Assembly: GCA_041484665.1 (NCBI GenBank)
Contig: JBGPIA010000014.1
Span: 1 to 64,000 of the forward strand
DNA from: Candidatus Krumholzibacteriia bacterium
GTDB taxonomy: Bacteria; Krumholzibacteriota; Krumholzibacteriia; JAJRXK01
Direction: 5' to 3'
Length of the DNA: 64,000 bases
Numbering within the stretch: the first letter of the stretch is position 1; the number at the start of each line of letters is the position of its first letter. This document shows, piece by piece, positions 60,797 to 64,000 of the stretch. Position numbers and translations under genes: made by a program. The notes under the pieces were generated by a model that saw nothing but the letters and a program-made list of their open reading frames with translations, had not been told where the DNA came from and did not search any database.

Positions 60797-62023
60797 CTAC
60801 CGCATCGCGCGGAAAAACGCCCGGATATCCTCCACCAGAAGCTGCGGCTGCTCCTGCGCGGGGAAATGCCCGCCGCGCGGCATGTCCGTCCATCGCGTGA
60901 CGTTGTAGCAGCGCTGCGCCCACTCTCGCGGCACGATCAGGTCCTTCTCACCGGGGAACATCGCGATTCCCGTGGGCACCTCAATGCGCAGACCTGGCCC
61001 CAGTGGGTTCGCGTTTGGGTCGTGCCGCGACTCGTAGTACATACGGATCGATGAGTTGATCGTCCCGGTCACCCAGTACAGCGTGACGTTGGTCAGCAGC
61101 TCGTCCTTCGTGAAGCAGCGCTCCACGTCACCGCCGCAATCGCTCCACGCGCGGAACTTCTCCACGATCCACGCTGCCAGGCCTGCCGGCGAGTCGTTGA
61201 GTCCGTAGGCGAGGGTCTGCGGCCGCGTGCCCTGGATATGGTCGTAACCACCCTCCTCGTCCTCCCAGCGTCGCACGCGTTCGAGATAGTCACGCTCGGC
61301 CGCGCTGAGCTGCTCGGGCTGCGGCACGGGATTGGGCCGCAGCAGGTCCACGGTCCACAGATGGATGCCGGCGACGCGCTCGGGATAGAAGAGCCCCAAC
61401 CTGCTGGTCACGCCCGCGCCGATGTCGCCACCCGACGCACAGAAGCGGCGGTATCCGAGTACCTCGGTCATGAGCTTTGCCCACAGCGCGTGGACGTGCA
61501 CACGGCCGCGGCGCGCTGGCGGCTGCGAGAAGCCGAAGCCGGGCAGCGACGGAACCACCACGTCGAAGGCATCGGCTGGATCGCCGCCGAAGCGTGCCGG
61601 ATCGGCCAGCATCGGCACGATCTTCAGCATCTCGGCGAACGAGCTTGGCCAGCCGTGGGTGAGAATCAGCGGCAAGGGCTGCTGGCCAGCTTCTGGCTGT
61701 CCAGCCGCGCCGCGCTGCCCGGCCGCGCCTGACAACCGGCGGCTGCCTGATCCCGGACCTGCACCCCGCTCGTGGACGAAGTGGATGCGCAGGCCGTCGA
61801 TCTCGGCATGGAACTGCGCGAAGCCGTTGAGCGCGCGCTCCTGCGTGCGCCAGTCGAATCCGGCGCACCAGTACGCGACCAGGTCCTGCATGGAGGCAAG
61901 GCTGGCGCCGTAATCCCAGCCTGCGCCCGCGACCTCATCTGGCCAGCGCGTGCGGGCCAGCCGTTCCCGCAGGTCATCGAGGACCGGCTGGAGCACGTGC
62001 ACCTGGAAGGGATCGATGCGCAT
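60797..62023 (-). CDS. Epoxide hydrolase (EHN + alpha/beta hydrolase) with Gly-rich insertion
   Basis: L..TRWPD, FDWR.QE..LN, HGWPSS, SLPGFGFS, GGDIG, DSPAGL, GGHFPA.E.P. Confidence 0.92.
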   Translation of the reverse strand: MRIDPFQVHVLQPVLDDLRERLARTRWPDEVAGAGWDYGASLASMQDLVAYWCAGFDWRTQERALNGFAQFHAEIDGLRIHFVHERGAGPGSGSRRLSGAAGQRGAAGQPEAGQQPLPLILTHGWPSSFAEMLKIVPMLADPARFGGDPADAFDVVVPSLPGFGFSQPPARRGRVHVHALWAKLMTEVLGYRRFCASGGDIGAGVTSRLGLFYPERVAGIHLWTVDLLRPNPVPQPEQLSAAERDYLERVRRWEDEEGGYDHIQGTRPQTLAYGLNDSPAGLAAWIVEKFRAWSDCGGDVERCFTKDELLTNVTLYWVTGTINSSIRMYYESRHDPNANPLGPGLRIEVPTGIAMFPGEKDLIVPREWAQRCYNVTRWTDMPRGGHFPAQEQPQLLVEDIRAFFRAMR

Positions 62024-62411
62024 AGGGTCGCGGCGTGGGCGCGGGGGGGCCGAGCAGAGCGGGGTGGACGCCGCGCAGAACCAAGCGGCAGTGGTGTCCG
62101 TACCCGCTGGCGCCGCCGGACCGCGGGACCGTCCGTCCATCGCTGCGCCGACGCCAGTGTACGACCCTATTGTACGATGAGCGCGCTGCGACGTCCGCTG
62201 CGGAGTCGGGAGGAGTGCGCGCCGGGGACGGGGGCGGCGTGCCGGAGTGGGAAACGTGGCGCGGCGATGAGCGCGGGACAGGCACGTAGCGGGCAGCACG
62301 GGACAGTCACATTGCGATCAGCACAGGACGCGCAGTTGGCGATAGGCGCGGCGAGGTGTGACGGCAGCGACACCGTGCGCCGCCTTCGGTCGGCCTGACT
62401 GTCAGCTGCGA

Positions 62412-62714
62412 TCAGAGCTGAGCGTCGTAGGTCTCTGGTACGTCCCGCAGCGCGGCCCGGCGCAGAGTATCGAGCAGCTCGTCGAGCTTCAGACACTGCC
62501 GACAGTCGGCTTGCGTCGAGTCGCAGGGGACCCCATCGGCCTGGACCTTGGGGCACCGCGGCTCCCGCACGAAATCGGCCAGCTCGATCATGAAGCGATC
62601 GAGCTTCTGCCGCAGCGCGCTATCGGATACCTCGCGGAGCGTGCGCAGGAGCATCCACTCCTGGGGCGTGACCGCGACGTACTTCAGGCCTTTCTGCATG
62701 ACCTGTCCTTCCAT
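62412..62714 (-). CDS. Small hypothetical protein with four Cys (possible metal binding)
   Basis: C-x9-C-x6-C-x2-C pattern; alternative start MQKG at 62699 after GAAGGA. Confidence 0.65.
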   Translation of the reverse strand: MEGQVMQKGLKYVAVTPQEWMLLRTLREVSDSALRQKLDRFMIELADFVREPRCPKVQADGVPCDSTQADCRQCLKLDELLDTLRRAALRDVPETYDAQL

Positions 62715-62852
62715 GGTCGAGACAAAACCCGGATCGCGCGCGCGCCAGGCTCCGGCTCAACAAGGGGGTCCAGCTCGAAGGTAGTCATCGGACGGCGCGG
62801 AACCAAGCCGGAGGTTTCCCCAGGATTTCGCGGGAATCTTGAGGGTTTCTCC

Positions 62853-62881
62853 TTGACGGGGGGCCTCTCATAGGATACACT
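62853..62881 (+). promoter_or_regulatory. sigma70-type promoter of the DUF222/HNH-like gene
   Basis: TTGACG-N17-TACACT, 45 bp upstream of ATG 62927. Confidence 0.7.
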
Positions 62882-62926
62882 TGTCTTTACGTTGCACGAC
62901 CTCGCCTCCCAGCTTGGAGTGCAACC

Positions 62927-64000
62927 ATGCCGTCGCTGCTGCGGCCCCCGGGGCCGCCGGATCCCTGCGGCCCCCGCGGGGAAACCCTCGGCCTGGTCCT
63001 CTCGCCCCCACCGACCCCCGCGCCGTCGCGGTCCGCTGACTGGATTCGCCTGCTGCTGCCGTCCGCCGGCAGTGCGCGAGCTTCCGCGCAGGCCGCTAAC
63101 GCCGCGCTGTGGCAGCGCTGTGCCAAGCTCGTCTCGGAGCCCTTGCAGTTGCGCGCGGAGCTCTGCCGACTGGCCGCCCGATTTGCCGACATCGAGGGCC
63201 GGCGCTGGCTGGCCTACTCCAGCCGCTCCGACTACGCCGTCGAGCGGTTGGGGATCTCCGGCGGAGCCTTCTGCGATGCGGTGGGCGCCGGCCGGCTCTT
63301 CGCGCGCTGTTCCGCCGCGCAGCACGCGTTCCTCACGGGTTGCGCGAGCTACGCCGTCGTCGTAGAGCTGGCGCGCGTCCACGACCCGGCGTTCGTCGAG
63401 TCCCTGCTGCCCCGGGTGCACGGGCTGACCCGCAAGGAAGTGCGAGCGGCGATCCAGTGGGTGCTGGGAGATGAGCAGCGCGCCTGCGGTGGCGACTGCG
63501 AACGGCCGGATCGCGGCGGGGTGGCAGGTGACACAGTGGCTGTCGCGGGCTCCGACTGCGAACGGCAGGATCGAGGTGGGGCGGTCTGTGCACGTACGGA
63601 CGATGCGGAGGCCGACTGCGAACGGCCGGATCGAGGTGGGGCGGTCTGTATAAGTAGGGACGATGCAGAGGCCGACTGCGAACGGCCGGTTCGCCGACTG
63701 GTGCCCGACGCCCCGCCCTCCTTTATGCGCATCCGCTGGGACGGTCCCGCACTCCATGTGCACGTTATCGAGCGGACGCTGCAGTTCGCCTCCCTGCTCC
63801 TGGGCCGCGATGCCCCCCTGGACCAGCTGCTCGCCGCCATGGCGGCCGAGGCCAGCACCGAGATCGAGATCACCGTATCCGCCGAGGAGGCCTGCCGCCG
63901 GTTCGGCGTCCGCCTGCATGCCGAGGGCACCGACCTCGTGTCCCTGGCCCGGCGGGCCGCGGCCCACGGCGCCACCCAAGCTGACGCGACCGATGCCGCC
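62927..64000 (+). CDS. DUF222/HNH-endonuclease-like protein, 5' part (runs off the window; absent from the ORF track)
   Basis: Hand translation open to the window end: MPSLLRPP...RWLAYSSRSDYAVERLGIS...AFLTGCASY..VVELARV, then 4x DCERPDR repeats; GGAG RBS; HNH motif itself not visible. Confidence 0.65.
   Translation, partial: MPSLLRPPGPPDPCGPRGETLGLVLSPPPTPAPSRSADWIRLLLPSAGSARASAQAANAALWQRCAKLVSEPLQLRAELCRLAARFADIEGRRWLAYSSRSDYAVERLGISGGAFCDAVGAGRLFARCSAAQHAFLTGCASYAVVVELARVHDPAFVESLLPRVHGLTRKEVRAAIQWVLGDEQRACGGDCERPDRGGVAGDTVAVAGSDCERQDRGGAVCARTDDAEADCERPDRGGAVCISRDDAEADCERPVRRLVPDAPPSFMRIRWDGPALHVHVIERTLQFASLLLGRDAPLDQLLAAMAAEASTEIEITVSAEEACRRFGVRLHAEGTDLVSLARRAAAHGATQADATDAA
63493..63693 (+). 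repeat. 60-bp in-frame tandem array, 4 copies of the CGACTGCGAACGGCCGGATCG core
   Basis: Cores at 63493, 63553, 63613, 63673, separated by 39-bp more variable segments. Confidence 0.92.

Noticed and set aside
63679..63693. CGAAC-N5-GTTCG as a Gram-positive LexA box
   Set aside because: The spacer is 5 rather than 4 nt, it lies inside a coding repeat, and the other copies read GATCG.

Overview
A very GC-rich (roughly 70% by eye) bacterial chromosomal segment with about 60 protein genes. No rRNA, tRNA, CRISPR-cas or classical transposase is recognisable. Left part: a co-oriented peptidase C39-like / RimK ATP-grasp / GCS2 ligase / N-formylglutamate amidohydrolase operon with a NitT/TauT-type ABC pair; a sigma54-preceded cupredoxin-histidine kinase-beta-barrel operon; nagD; 2-oxoacid:ferredoxin oxidoreductase; gnd-zwf-pgl. 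Middle: a BlaI/BlaR1-like module with a visible operator pair and a frameshifted M56 gene; trmJ-like, ampG-like, nupC-like, mgtC-like, pepF, tryptophanase, ferredoxin and nfnAB genes. Then a 15 kb minus-strand tract of small accessory genes (VOC, GNAT, methyltransferases, GH47, Ser/Thr kinase, ankyrin) with several pseudogenes. Right end: an ABC exporter, an epoxide hydrolase and the 5' part of a DUF222/HNH-like gene missing from the ORF track. The most unusual signal is one 21-mer (CGACTGCGAACGGCCGGATCG) that forms both a higher-order 183-bp intergenic array at the left end and a 60-bp in-frame array inside the DUF222/HNH-like gene 63 kb away. Tandem-repeat expansions are also common inside housekeeping enzymes and between genes. 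A C-terminal SWGALKQRY motif suggests a Candidatus Eisenbacteria/Krumholzibacteriota-like host (inference only). Most starts were re-chosen by eye from homology and RBS and are approximate.
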